Source: the human T2T-CHM13v2.0 reference genome, Homo sapiens. Taken from it: a stretch of 64,000 bases of DNA. A program made the translations under genes and the position numbers. A model generated the notes under the pieces. That model ran no database searches and had not been told where the DNA came from. It worked only from the letters and a program-made list of their open reading frames with translations. Location of the stretch: assembly GCF_009914755.1 (NCBI RefSeq), contig NC_060927.1; one strand, given 5' to 3'. Shown here in pieces: positions 38,410-53,917 of this stretch. Within the stretch, counting starts at the first letter, position 1. Every line of letters begins with the position of its first letter.

Positions 38410-39160
38410 TAAGCATTTTGATAACAGGGACTTTGTCTGATTATTCTTAAAATACCTAGCATTTTTCCTGGCTTAATGTATAGGTTTTAAATGTTTGTTC
38501 AATGAAGGAATGTAGATAAGAAACCTTAAAGTTTATTTCAAATTAGTCTCTTTCTATTTATTCCCACTGTTTTCAGTTCAGTTTCCAAAGTTTTCTTGCT
38601 TGGACTATTGTATATTTAAGCGGTTTTTCCTGCTTCTAATTTCACTCCCCATCATAATGCAGCCCATTTTTTTAAACTCATTTTGGATCATGTAATTTCC
38701 CTAATTTAAACCCTTTGTTGACCCCCTACCATTGAAGATAAAGCCTAAAGCTTTGGTGGTTAATGCACTCGAACATTTTAATCTAGCCCCTGCCTACCGC
38801 TGCTACTCATCTATAGGTTCCACACCCAGCCACACTGCCTTCCTGGCAGTTCCTGGAAGGGGACAGGCTTTCTTTCCTGGCTGTAACCATGCTCATGCTA
38901 TTTCCTCAGCCTGGATTATCCTCTGCCTCTTGCCTGACTTGACCTAGTCTTAAAATATATTCTCATTATTTGATACTTAGTGGAAAAGCCACCTTCTCTG
39001 CCCTGAATGTCCTAGCTGAACCAGCTCTTTCTCTTCTCTCTCACTGAACTTCACTTTAATATATACCTCCTTTATAGTACTCCTTCTCTGCAGTCTTCCT
39101 AACAATTCTTTATGGCCTGCATTAAAGCATTTATTATGTGTATTGTAACTGTCTGTAAGT
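38410..39160 (+). mobile_element. L2 fragments
   Basis: aaatgtttgttcaatgaa tail; gatcatgtaatttccc...cagccacactgcc...tgctatttcctcagcctgg. Confidence 0.6.
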
Positions 39161-39689
39161 CAGGTCTTGCTGGGACCTTCTTTTTCTTCATGTTTTCCTT
39201 TGAGCACGAGTAGGTGGTGAGGAATTTTATTCTGATTGCCTCTCTCGGTGGACCTTCCCATTTATAGACCTCCGTGCTGCTGCCAGTAAACTAAAGAAGA
39301 TTCCAAGCCACAACTACCCCAAAATCCCTCTAATTCCCTTACCTTTCAAGCTTTGCTTAAGCCCTTTCCAGTTTCCCAAGATCCATGCGCCCGACTCAGT
39401 AAAAGAGAAGAATAACAAAAACTGGGGCTGTGCAGGATTCAAATTCTAGCTCTGCTGGGTAATCACGATGTGACATTGGCTAAGTAGCAATATGTAGAGT
39501 ATGAATAATAAATGACTCATCTCACAAGTTCATGAAAATAAAGAAAACCTCTAAAGCACTTAAAACCTCACATATATTGAGCATGTTATCACTATTTGCT
39601 ATTCTTTTACATTAAGATGTTACTTATGAGCAAGGTAGCTCAGAAGGATTGAGAGTGCAGAGACAACAGTTTCATGGAGGGCCTAGCAC

Positions 39690-40240
<551 letters not shown>

Positions 40241-41539
40241 TACTAATATTAACGTAGATGGGAAGGCATTTCTAAACTCATACTTTCACAGATACATGTC
40301 TCATTGGACTGCCTCTCCTCTTAGTCTTTCACTTTTCCTTCAGATTGTACTCTTGTTTATTCCATTTGCTACCCTCACTATTTCCATATGAGGAGGCTTT
40401 CTCTTCTCTCTTCTGGTATGCAGAAAGCTCCAGCAGAACTTCAAACTTCTGCCAGATGAATTCTGGAAGAGAGTGACTTCCCTTGTTGAGCAACAGTGAT
40501 TTTGTTCTTCCAATTCCATTTCAATTTCCCCATCAGAGAGAGCTGTGACCTGGTGTCTACTAGGGATTATTGAAAAGGAAAGAAACCTTGGAAATCTAAA
40601 CATGAAATATTTTTGGAGTGAATCTAACCAGCTTTACCCCATTTCAGGAAAGAATGATTTTCTTAGTAACCTTGTTCCGGCCAGACCTTTCAGAAAAATT
40701 CAACAATTCTATCCACACACTTTTATTATATTCAAACCTATTTGACATTTTTTCTGTTCTGCCAAAGGCCCAAGACATTTTTTTTTTAATTGCTAATCAT
40801 GAAATCTGTGCTTTTTCTTTGAAGAGGGATGGAGCCAGCGGAAAGTAAATGGGTTTAGTTGTAGAGTCCTCCTCAGAAGTTGGTGGTGAGGGAGTTGGTC
40901 AATTTATTCTACCAATTTCTGTTTACTTGCATTTAAAGAGAGAGGAAATTGTCAGGTAAACAGGATAGTGACTGGAAAAAGAAAATCAAATTCTGAGTTA
41001 AATATAGCTCCCCATTTTTAAGTATGCAAAGACATGGAATTTTAAATTCACTATTTATAAAATGGGCATAAGTTTTTCCTTCCTCACACAGAAGTTTTCA
41101 AATTGAAAGTTGAATACAGGGTGATTATTGTTTCTAAACTAAGGCACAATGTGAGAGTTTATTTTGTGTATTCCATTAATTTTTTTTGACAAACATAGTT
41201 TCCTTTTTATAAAAACAAATTGTAATAACTGTATTTTCAAATTTAATATGTGGCTTATCTTAACAAGATAACTTGCTCTTCTAAAGGTACCTCTTCCAAG
41301 AATATGATTTGAAAGCGGTAATTTGTTCCCTTTTGAAAGTGATAACATCATAAAACTGGTGGTTATCATAATATAGAAATTGATTACTTTAAAATACATA
41401 AGTGCATAATTCATGTATTGTGTCTCACTGATTAAGGAAATTAGTGACCATACATATACTAACATGTAGACAGATTTAAAATAGTAGCCAGAATGTTTTG
41501 ATCACGCCAATTCACTTCAGGTGGCAAAGATTCTATCAT

Positions 41540-41848
41540 TTTTATTAATTATTATTGTTACTATTATTGAGACAGTGTCTTGCTCTATCGCCCAGGCTGG
41601 AGTATAGTGGCACCATCATGACTTACTGCAGCCTCAACCTCCCAGACTTAAGTGATCCTCTTGCCTCAGCCTCCTGAGTAGCTGGAACTACAGGCGTACC
41701 ACCATGCATGGCTAATTTTTTTTTTTTTGTAGAGGTGGGGGTCTCACCATGTTGCCCAGTCTGGTATGAAACTCCTGGGTTCAAGTTATACTCCTGCCTT
41801 GGCCTCCCAAAGTGCTGGAATTACAGATGTGAGCCACCACGTCAGACA
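41540..41848 (-). mobile_element. AluJ
   Basis: Antisense dimer with degenerate (TTA)n tail, ctgcagcctcaacctcc. Confidence 0.9.
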
Positions 41849-44800
41849 ATCCCAAATTAGTTCATTTTATATGTATGCCTTCACCCACGTCATCTTCATC
41901 CAGGGGCACTGTCATGTGTTAATTATAACCACACCTTGTGACCAGCAATGTCTGCATAAACATAGTCGCAAAAGACAGAAAGGCTTGAGGAGCTTGTTGT
42001 ATTTCCATGGTGATGTACACAAACAAATAAAAATATGCTTTCTTGAATGTGTGATTAACACGTTCCAGAAAGCCTTGGCCGTCTATGTCGGTATTTCCAA
42101 AAGTTTGCTTATGATATTCATGGTGGGTTCATTAGGGTGACACAGGAACGCCGAAATAAACTGACTTCATTGAACACAGAGGAGAGCTGCAACTACGTAT
42201 TGAGAACTTGCCCTTCCTGTTTTATTGCTGGGGAGAAAAATTATATACTTATTGTTGTTCATCTAATAAATATTTCAGACCCATTTATGAATCATTAGTG
42301 CCGATGCAATCCCCTTTGAATGTCACGAGGTGAAGTAAAGGAAAAATAAGATACATTTTAAGTTCTGAGTCTTCCTCTGCTACATTGCCTGAATCCTCGT
42401 CTATCCACACAATAGATTAACTACCCTCTGTGCATACTATATTTTGCTCAGCCCTTAATATTCTGAAGCTGAACTGAAGCAGGCGTTATCCGTGGCGGTT
42501 CCTGGGTGGTTTTCAAGCCCAGCACTACCCACCCAAGTGGCGGTGACACCGGCTTTCACTGAAGCCTTATTACTCTTAAAAGAGCAATTTGGTTGGTTGC
42601 ACGGCTATTAGGATCACACAGGCAGCCTGAAAGCTGTCAGTACAACTGCTTCTCATCTTTTTCACATAATCCTGACATCTTTTCCCTTTTCTGCTGGACA
42701 CAGACATTACTGTTTTTATCATTTTCAATCAAGCTCACCCAGAACACTGAGGAATATATTCCCACTGAAAGCAAAGTGGAGAACAGAAATTATTTTATAG
42801 CTTCTGGAGTAGAAGCAGGGCTGACTGCGTACTGAGGAGAAGGAGCCGGATCCGTGAGAAATGTAGCTTGGCTCAGGGCTACATCAGGAAGCTGCTACTT
42901 CAGCTGTTAAAGATGGCAAAACAACACCTACCTCAGGTTTTTCAATGATTAATGCTATTTTCATAACCAGGAGGGAAGAGGATGTGAGAAATTTTGTGAA
43001 ATTAACTTGTGGAAATGTTATCATCAGAGAAAGTGGAGAAAATTACTAGGCTTGAACTTCTCTTCGTTTTGATGCTCTTCCTCTCTGGACCAACTCTGAG
43101 CAAGCTGACCCGGACCCCCTGGAAAGGAAAACCTTGGAAGGGGGGTAAGTGATGAAAGTTTCGTGTTAAAGATCTAAATGGAGTTAGCAAGGCCAGTTAC
43201 TGCTAACTTAAGGACAGCTGAGGGTGAAGGAGCTGCTTCTGTCTGAAATCAGGTTTTTATTTCAGGAAAGGGGGTCTGCGTTGCAGATAGCTAGAAAGAA
43301 GAATTTTCTGTTATTGATATCAATATATTTTTGCAATGTTTGGTTTTCTGGGCTTTCAAAGCATTACAATGATCGTTTCCAGCAGGGAGACTGTAAGAGC
43401 AGATGCATGCTTCTCTAGTGCAAGAATATATGTGTTTTCCTTCGGAAGCCGCATTATTTTTAAAAGAAATGGGTTCTGAATATGCTAGATCCCTGAATTG
43501 TTGGCAGATTTTGTGAACTGATCAGAGGGATGTCTGAGAAAGGGCATGTTATGAAATGCAGTGCCACCAACACTAATTTTCTGGCTGACTCTATCAGTGT
43601 TGATGTGTTAATAAAGATAAATTGCATTAACTTTATTGGAAAAAAATCTGCTGAATGAGAAAAAGCCTTTCAGTACTTTGAAGTGTTGTAATACATTTTC
43701 TTCTGCTGTTGAAAAATTATCGTGAGATGGGAGAGAATTTTTGAGACTTTGAATCAACCTTTCTATAAAGTTCAGTGGGTTCTGCTTCCCCGAATGCCAT
43801 TTGTTTATATAAACACAAGTTACCAAGATATGTGTTTTGTGAATGCTGTAAGCCAAAATGATGGTGCAGACATATCCCACGAGAGACTTTCTGGACACTG
43901 TTTGTATGTTTGGAGAAAAATCTTGATGGGAGATATATCTGAGGATTTTGCTTTGCAGAAGCATTCTTTTTACCTAACGTTTTTATCTTGGCTGTAAAAA
44001 TGTTTCTGAGTCTCCCCTACCATTTCTTTCCTGTCAGTGTTTATCATCTGAGGTTCAAGAGAAGCATGTATATTATGAACAAGAAGTTTTAAAAATGTAC
44101 CACAATATCTCAGCAGGATTTTCTAAATACCCAAGCCCCATCAGTCTGATCTTTCTGCTTCTCCTTTTGTTGCATTAAATATATTACAAATCTTCTGCCT
44201 ACTGTACCTTTGAGGGAAAAGTTCCAACAGGCACTTAGCTTAGATGGTTGGTGCAGATCCACCCAGAGGAATGGTGCTGCAAATTATCTTCAGGCCTTGT
44301 AAATTATACCATCACATTACTATATTTCCTAGTGTTATCAATGGATTTCTTTTTCTTGCAAACTGCAAGCAGTTATTTATGTTAGCCTGCATGCTGGCCT
44401 TTAGTAGCTTAGGATTTAGCGATGTATGGTGTTATTGATGTCAGGAGTGTTAACTTGTATTTCTTACATATGGTCAGTACCTATAGCATGTCAAAGTTTA
44501 ATTTCCTGCGTTAAACTTAAGCAGTAAACTTTGGAGCTCTAGCTACCCGTGAGAAAGATTGCTGCAAGATTTTAGCAAAGTTGTTAACCTATTCAGAAAG
44601 GTTTATTTAAAATGCTTGTGTGTGTTCCTAAGCATGTATTCATTTCACACAGCTTTGAATACAGATGCATTAGATTTCATTTGTAAATCAAGTCTGAAAT
44701 GTTTCCTCTTTGAACATATGACCACTTTTTCCAATGTACTCTAACTAGCTCAGCTAGAAATTTGCTAGCTCTGCTGTGTGATGATGATACAACTCAGTTA

Positions 44801-46200
44801 AGTTCAGGAATAGGCAATCATAGCAACATATTTCATACTGTTAAAAGAATTCTGTGTATTTTTTAAAGGTCAGTCAAGTTACTGAAAAACTTTAAACGTG
44901 TTGACTGTGCTTTAAAATTATTTCCTTTTTAGTGCCTCTGTTTGTTACTGTATAGGCATTGCATAAATATTTTCCACAGATTCTGAGTTCCTGCGATGTA
45001 GCCTCGCCTTGATATGCATATGTGTATGTTGTAAATATTTATTTATTCATGAGCTTGGCTATTGATGGTGGTGTGTTATCTTTCAGTGGGTTGTAAAATT
45101 CTGTTCGTTTTTTTCTTGGCATGCTATGCAGTCTTTTAAAACACATTTTTACAATTTGTTCAACATTATTTCCCTTTTCACAATGTAAGGATCTTCATTT
45201 ATTATTTTGAAAGATACCTTGCAGAGGTGTTCTACACATGAGGTGGGATGGGGGAGAATGAGTCATGTTAAATTAAACACTGTGGCCAGAGGCAAAGAGG
45301 ATCAACATGGAAATACAACATTTTAAAGTTACTTTACTCTTTTTTGGTTTGCTTCATATCAATACCAGCTCAAGCTTACCTGCGTACAAAACAATCTTTA
45401 AAACAGATACTCTATTTCTAAAAATCCTGGAAAAGATACCAATAGCAAACAACAAAGTTTTCTTCCGAGTTATTTTTTTTTTCTTGCACTCACACTGCCT
45501 ATGTGCATTTGTCTTAATCTGACTGAGCAGCTGTCAACCTCCATATGGCAACCTGCTCACCTTGACAATTTCCATTTTTGTAGTATTAACAGGAACTACC
45601 ATTGAGACAGAAATGGTTATTGGGGCAGGCTTGGGGAGTGGCAGCTTCAAAGACCAGTGTATACGTGTGGCCTGTGAGGAGTGATACGAGCAGCACGTAG
45701 CCAGACAGCACCAAACGGATGACGGGAAACTGACTTGTCAGAACATTTGGAAAAAAGGCAGATTATTGTTGGCTCTCAAGGGATTTTTAAGCTCATCAAT
45801 GAACATGACTCCCAAATATAGGTTAGTAGGCCAGCAAGTTTTCCCTCAGGCATACACTTTTCTATTTAATCACAATATATGAACACCTTAAGGGAAGGCA
45901 GGTGTCCCATCTGATTAATTTAGAGCATGACATAAGTGATCATAAGAGTTTGCATTTATGATAAACTCACCAGAAATCTTAACTACATTGCTGACATTTT
46001 CTTCATTAGAATTACAGAAGCTAATTATTTTATGTTCGATTACCTTCACCATGAAAAAGTCTAAAAGATGTAAACAGCTCCATTCACATGAGCATAACTC
46101 TACAGAAAAGTTTACAATACAGATGTTCAATATATACAACAAAAAGGAAGTTATATATAAATATATAATATCATATTTACATATAATATACATATGTATT

Positions 46201-46636
46201 GAGTTCACCCTTGAATGACACAGGTTTGAACTGTGCAGATTCACTCATATGAGAACTTTCTTCTGTCTCTGCCACCCCTGAGACAGCAGGACCAACCTCT
46301 CCTCTTCTTCTTTAACCTACTTAATGTGAAGACATGAGGATGAAGATTTTATGATGCTCCACTTTCACTTAAGGAATAGTAGATGTATTTTCTCTTCCTT
46401 ACGATTTTCTTAATAACATTTTCTTTTCCCTAGCTTACTTTACTGTAAGAATACAGTATATAATACATATAACATATAAAACATGTGTTAATCAACAGTT
46501 TATGTTATTGGTAATGCTTCCAGTCAACAGTGGGTTATTAGTGGTTAAGTTTTGGGGAAGTCAAAAGTTATATGCAGATTTTTGACTGGCACAGGGGTCA
46601 GTGGCTCTAACCCCTGTGTTGTTCAAGGGTCAATCA
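46201..46636 (+). mobile_element. Tigger2a (MER28)
   Basis: Degenerate TIRs agttcacccttgaa...gttcaagggtcaa; cccctgagacagca internal motif. Confidence 0.85.
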
Positions 46637-47555
46637 TATCTATTTCTGCTATTGGAAATTATAATTTAAGCCAAATTTTAATATTTATAGCTACTATTAA
46701 AGGTACAAATGGGAGGTAAATAGGTATAAATAGAAAAATAGGTCTAGAAGATGTAAGTGGGTAAGGCTGGCATGAAATAGTCAAAACGTTGACCCCTTGG
46801 TTCAACACAAACATTGGCTAGTCTGAGCAACCACTGATCAAACTAAGAGGGGGAATTAGACCTGACTGTTGTCCATGTCCCACCCATTCTGGCACTTGAC
46901 CTTGACTCCATTTCAACCTCCTGGAAGAGTCTGTTGAGTTCACTCAATCATCTCACTTATGACATGAGAGTTAAACTATTGGCAACGAAGTATGAAGTGA
47001 TCAAAACTTTTAATAACTCAGAAAATTATTTCACACAACAGCCATACTTTTTTTCTGTAATAAATTACAGCAGCCAGTTATCTAATATATATCTTTGCTA
47101 AGCAAAGAAAGCCTCTCTGGCAGTTATCTTCTCCCTCTTTAGGAAGGATTAAATTGTATTATGAGCACATACTACGGTATTGCAACATTTTAATTCATGG
47201 TGCATTGAAGCGCTGACCTAGGAATATTTAGAGTGGCAATTTCAATTTTAATCTCTTATCTGCATGGTCCCATCTAATACATTGACAATTATTTCAGAAT
47301 TTGTTGGAGCTTGTAGAAGTTTTTTAACCTTAAAAGTTAAGAAAAAATTATTAAGTATTTGATGGTGTCTACTGCATAGAAGCCCATTATTATATTTCTT
47401 CTGATGTTTCCCCTAGTTATATGAACTAATAAAAAATTTACTGCCTCATAAAACCAGTATCTCACATTCCTTGCTATTGGGTAAGAAATCAATATTTTCA
47501 TTAATCAGATTTGAACACAATGATTTACTCTTTCAGAAACAATGAAATAACTTAA

Positions 47556-48606
47556 TATTGGGGGAACCAGCCCCCAGTATTTCAACATAGGTTCTTTCTA
47601 TTTTCCCTAAGTGTCGGCCGGTCTGAGAAATAAAGAGAAAGAATACAAAGAGAGGAATTTTACAGCTGGCCCTCTGGGGGTGACATCACACATTGGTAGG
47701 TCCATGATGCCCCCTGAGCTGGAAAACCAGCAAGTTTTTATTAGGGATTTTAAAAGGGGAGGGAGTGTACGAACAGGGAGTAGATCACATGCTTCTGAGG
47801 AAACAGGACCAGGACAAAATCAGAAACTCCTGATAAGGGTCTATGTTCAGCGGTGCACGTATTGTCTTGATAAACATCTTAACAGGAAACAGGGTTCGAG
47901 AGCAGAGAACTGGTCTGACCTGAAATTTACCAGGGCTGGTGTTTCCCAATCCTAGTAAGCCTGAGGGTACTGCAGGAGACCAGGGCGTATCTCAGTCCTT
48001 ATCTCAACCGCATAAGACAGACACTGCAAGAGCGACGATTTATAGACCTCCCCCAAGGAATGCAATTCTTTTCCTAGGGTCTTAATATTTAATAATCCTT
48101 GCTAGGAGAAGAATTTAGTGATATCGCTCCTACTTCCATGTCCATTTATAGGCTGTCTGCAAGAAGAAAAATATGGCTGTATTCTGCCCAACCCTGCAGG
48201 CAGTCAGGTCGTCTTCCCTTGTTCCCTGAAAATCGCTGTTATTCTGTTCTTTTTCAAGGTGCACTGATATCATATTGTTGAAACACACATGTTTTACAAT
48301 CAATTTGTACAGTAGAGGTCCTGAGGTGACATACATTCGCAGCTCATGAAGTTAACAGGATTAGGAGATTAAAGTAAAGACAGGCATAAGAAATTATAAG
48401 AGTATTATTTGGGAACTGATAAATGTCTATGAAATCTTCACAATTTATGTTCAGAGACTGAAGTGAAGACAGGTGTAAGAAATTATAAAAGTATTAATTT
48501 TGGGAACTGATAAATGTCCATATTAAAATGAAATCTTCACAATTTATGTTCCTCGGCCGCGGCTCCAGCCAGTCCCTCCGTTCAGGGTCCCTGACTTCCT
48601 GCAACA
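47556..48606 (-). mobile_element. MER11 solo LTR (HERV-K11/HML-8)
   Basis: Ends gggtccctgacttcctgcaaca (reverse complement of the MER11 start); perfect 6-bp TSD acttaa at 47550-47555 and 48607-48612. Confidence 0.92.
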
Positions 48607-51600
48607 ACTTAAGACTTTCTGGTTTGAGGAAACAAATGTAGATCACTTTATGTTGTTCTTGAAATAACCCCAACCACTACACTAGTTCTAACTTCCAGAT
48701 AAAATGCTTCTAACCTGCATGCTTAAAATTATATTTCATCTTCTAAAGGATTATGACACTTTACATAGATAAGAAGACATCTGTCAGTTTTTATAGTGCT
48801 TAATTGTTATGTGCGTCTGTGTCTTTTTAACCACTTTGTAAGTAATTTCAAGAGAAATTTTGTCTTTGATTAATCTTTGTTAACATGCAGTCTTGTACTT
48901 AATAGATGCTTAATAAATATTTGATGAATGGACAAAGTACATGGAAAAATAGACTGGTAATACAATATTCTGACTTTAAGTGTTAATTACACATTTCTTA
49001 CTTTTAGCCAATGTGATGGATCTCACCTTTGTAACGCTGGGAAATCATTTTTATTACAAGGCTTTTACTATATCATTTAAATGTCAGTTTTAGTTGTAGA
49101 AAAATTTGAAGGTATTTTATAGTAGTCAAGAAATTTGGAAAACTCTGTCAGACTCATGTAGGAAGTAGTGCAGTAGAAAAAAAGAAAGCAACACTGTTGT
49201 TCAAAAGTAATTTATAATGTGAGATTGGGAATCTGGAAACTGAACTGTATGAATATTCATGCAAAATGCAGAGTGTTCTTTGTACTGTGTATAATCATTA
49301 CGTCTGAGTTTCATTTGTTTAAATAATTTAATCTCCATCTGTATGCAATAAATAGATTTAATACCTTATCTTTCTTACAACTGAAAAGTAAATTCCAAAA
49401 CCAGGTCTGAAAAACATGTTTTTTCTATATGTTCAAAAGATTATTAGAGTATTTTTTATATATAGTAATTGAAGAATATGCTTAGCAACTATACTAAGAT
49501 CTGTTGTAAAACTTACTCATATTGTTTCATGTTATTTGGGAAATAGCATTTAATAAATTCAGGAAAATTCCATATATATAAGATTTTGATAATGAAAAAA
49601 ATGGTGCTTGAGAATAATAGATTTGTCTTAGCTATAGAAAATATGTCCTGAGTATTTTTTATCCATTGTCATTTTTGTTAAACTTCTATTCAAATTCACT
49701 TTTTTAAATTTTGACATCAAAATTTCATTTTAATTATATATTTGTCATTAATGTATGCTTGTTCCCTTGTGATTAAAATACCCTGAGATTTCATGTTATT
49801 TACCTGAAATATAATTTTTAATTTAATGACAAATAGGGAAAAAATTGGAAAGAGTTTTGATGTATTCTTCATATTAGAAAAGTAGGTATATTAAAGTAGG
49901 TATATTAAAAAAGCTCTTTGAATTTTACTTACAAATAGACTAAGCACTCTTATCAAAAGTGGGGAAAACTACTGCCTAGGTAGCAGACGGTTGCACCACT
50001 TTGAAGAAAATGATGTTGGGAAGCGTATGTTCTTTATAATGTCAGATTATGCCAGGGAAAAGTGTGGGTTGAAAAACATATTAATGCATTACACCCTTAT
50101 CAAGCATGTGTACAAATTGTGTGTATATATCTATCAGCCCCCACCCTCTCCTCCCGTTTCCAAATTACACACATGCATATACACATATTTACAAACATAT
50201 ACACACACATTTGTTTAAAAACTTAAAAGGGAAATAAAGATGCTTGGAGGGGTTATTTAATTTTAAAAACTGAGATAAATTGACAGTAATAAAACACCTT
50301 GGATATATTAGTGTTGGGGTTCATGAATGCATAGTTAAGATTGTGTCAGCGCTTCCATTATAAGCTACATTTTCAAAGGGTTTACAACTTAGCTATAAAA
50401 TTTTTGCTTCAGGGTGGACCATGGCTAATATTAGGTCTTAGTCCCAGAGCAATTTCATTTTTTTTAGTTTTCAAATTCAACCTTCAAAGTTAGTTGAATG
50501 ATAAAAAATGGGGAAAAAATATAAAGTTTAGTTATTTTCACAGGTTTTGTTACTTGAAAAGGAATTAAAATTTCAAAAAAAAGAAATTCCAAAAGTGATG
50601 AGAGTTGGTAATAAGGTGTTTGCCCAAGTCAACTGAAGATTATGTGAATCAGATAATGACCTTGGTCAATCAAGACTGGGGATATTTTAGCTGTTAAGGA
50701 TTTTAGTTTCATTAAGAAACCAAGGTCACCCAAACAAGAGATAATTCTTCTAAAAAGGAAAGAAAATAAACATATTACATCGAAAGGCCATTACATTTTC
50801 AGAGACCAGGGAATTCATCAGGGCTTATGGCCCCATGAAAAGTTATCTTTCAGCCATTCAGTCTCATCAGTCCTGAGGATCACCTTTGTCCAAAAGTAGA
50901 ATTTAAGAAATGAAAACAAAGGATCACAATCCCAGACTTACAAAAATAAAATCAAAGTTCCAAAGTCTTTTATTGATGTCTTAAAAATGATATGCAGCTT
51001 CACACACAAAAGAGATTTCTTGACTTACTCCACACTGGGTTTTTGAAATCCGTATATTAAGTAAGTGTTCAAAGCTTGCTCTATCGAAGACACTTGAAAA
51101 ACTATTCTATATATGGATTCTACCCTCCATAAATTTATAATTTATAATTCTTAAGCCTTTTTTTTTCTTTCTTGGGAAGGAATATTCCTTTCCCTTTAGC
51201 TGGTGTCTTCAACTAAGTTAAATGATTATGATGTTGAAAACAAAATTATACTAAAGTTGCACTTGGTTCTATTTTTGGGGAAAAAAAGTATCCAAATAAT
51301 ATTTTGAGGTTATCCTATGGTTGATTTCAAACCAAAATCTCAATTTAGGGTAATGTTGAGTAAGCTCCAGCATTGAACCTGTTCTTCAAATTACTTGTTA
51401 ACTTCTGGATGATTCATGCTGATTTTTGTTTGTTTATTTATATTTTTTTCCCATTTGTGCTTTTTTTTTTAATGAGAGAATGGCTTTCAAAATACAAAGT
51501 TATTCCTGTTCTTGTTTTTGTGATATCTATAAGTATCTTTAGCTATTGAATATAGGTTATAATTTAGCTTAACGTAGAAATTCAAGTAATCTATGTAGGA

Positions 51601-52946
51601 ATTTTGGTGTGTGGCATGGTGATATGGTCTAGGAAATACTCTGTATCCCAGGATTAGAGGGGGGAAGGCATCTGTATTTGATAAACGGAGGGGAAGTTGT
51701 TGTGAACCCATTTCTTTTTAGGCAGGATATGGTTTATACCTAACAGATTTAGTTTGAAATATAGTCCAATTTGCTATTTAAAACAAACTACACATCAAAT
51801 TAAGCCTATCATATTTGCTTCAGATTTCATTTTGTAATGAAATTCTTTTATAGAATTAAGTAGGATATTATCCAATTCACTATTATGCAAAAACAACAAT
51901 AAAACTTTATATACCTTTAGCAATAATATTTATTTGAATGACTACATTTTGAATTTCATTTCTGTACAAAATGCTAAATTAATATGACTATATTCTTATG
52001 TAGAGAAAATATTTTCCTGATATTATTATTCAGAAAAATTAAAAAGATGTAATGAGTTCATTCAGTATTGTCAATTTACAGCTCTTTGTATTTTGCCAGG
52101 ATGAGGTACAGAAATTCATTCCTTCTGTCAATTTATGAAGAGTTCACCACATCAGCTATTAGGACAGACCCTACATATGCTCTGTAGAATCCCTTCATAT
52201 CAATGTCAAAAACTCTGTCATGAAAAAAGTAGTTATCAAGCTGGGCAAAGTCCAACATTATGTTCTGGAGACAGCGGCATTTTGTGAAATCTCTAATGTA
52301 ATAGTTGGCAGCTAATAAAGAATTTATTTTAGGTCAATCAGAAATGTCACAGAAGTACTTTCTACAATCCATAGAGGCCTAAGAATTGCTCCTGGCTAAC
52401 AAGTACAGATTTTCATTTATCTAACATAATGTCCCATTCCTGTTGAGGGATTTCATGGACCAGTGTGGAGAAACATACAGGGATTTAGGGTTGAGGTTGT
52501 TGATTGCGAAGTGTAATGAGTAGGACTTAATGCACTGTTAGATGAAGATCTTTACTGATTGCCTATTTCCATTGGAGGCTCCTAAAGATGTTATGAAGGT
52601 AATTTGTACACTTCATATGGAACAACGTAGATATACTGTACTATTAACAAAATATTTGTAGTCTATCTACTATAGCCATGGACTTATGTAGCCTAGTAGA
52701 AAATCTAAAAGATATACATGCATTCATTCAATAAATATTTACTGAATGCTCCTAAGAGAAACATAATACAAGTCATCAGAGAAGACAAGAATGAAGATAC
52801 ATTTAGAAAAATATATTGTACAATGCATGACCTGTAAATTATGCATCTCCAGTTCCTAGGCTCTAAATAGAGCAATATAAAAGGAAAATATATTTCAAAC
52901 AATGATAACTGCAAATGAGCACAGGGAGGTATAGAACTATATGCTA

Positions 52947-53232
52947 GGCCAGGCGTGGTGGCTCACACCTGTAATCCCAGACTTTGGGAGGCCGAGGTGG
53001 GCGGATCACGAGGTCAAGAGATCGAGACCATCCTGGTCAACATGGTGAAACCCTGTATCTCCTAAAAATACAAAAATTAGCTGGGCGTGGTGGCGCGCCA
53101 CTGCTCAGGAGGCTGAGGCAGGAGAATCTCTTGAACCCAGGAGGCGGAAGTTGCAGTAAGATCATGCCACTGCACTCCAGCCTGGCAACAGAGCGAGGCT
53201 CCATCTCAAAAAACAACAACAACAACAACAAC
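52947..53232 (+). mobile_element. AluSc with a small internal deletion and (AAC)n tail
   Basis: gtcaagagatcgagaccatcctgg; TSD aactatatgcta at 52935-52946 and 53233-53244. Confidence 0.95.
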
Positions 53233-53874
53233 AACTATATGCTACGTGTATCAACCCCATTGGTTTTATGAAAGTAACAACTTGACTAATGTTACATGGT
53301 AGTCCACTTCCAACCAGCCAGGCATTCAACCCAGGTAAACTGTGCTACATTTAGGGGACAGTCAAGTAACCTACCCCCATTCTAATGGACAGTGTGTTGA
53401 GAATTAGTGGAAAATAACAACAGAGTCAGTTAAGTATAGCTGTAAGAAGCAGGAAGATGAATCTAGAATTTATAGAACTGAAAATAAAAGGCCGTTGTAA
53501 GACTTGGCAGGACACGTCATATGATGACTGCAGTGTTTAGGGAACAATTCTGTGTGCGTTACCTGGGTGACAAACTTTCTTACCGGTCACCCTGGAGTAC
53601 TTTTCCCTCATTACATTTGCAAGATTTACTTTTTGATATCTTAAAAACAAAAGCAATCACACAGAATCATGTGCTAGAATAAAGGTCTAGCACACAGAAT
53701 CATGTGCTAGAATAAAGTTGTAGGGCTGGTCCTATTCTCTTAGTGTGAAGAGTTTCATCTATGATGTCACTGTTACTGAAAACTTTTCCTGAAACTATTT
53801 ACTTGCCTTATATAAAATATCTTGTGCAAATCATCTTCTGAAGTGGTTTATTTGAAATGATTTCTACTTCTTCA

Positions 53875-53875
<1 letters not shown>

Positions 53876-53917
<42 letters not shown>

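Noticed and set aside
40310-40480. Strong plus-strand acceptor at 40343 (also one at 9670)
   Set aside because: No convincing paired donor or coding frame. Isolated acceptor-like tracts are common.
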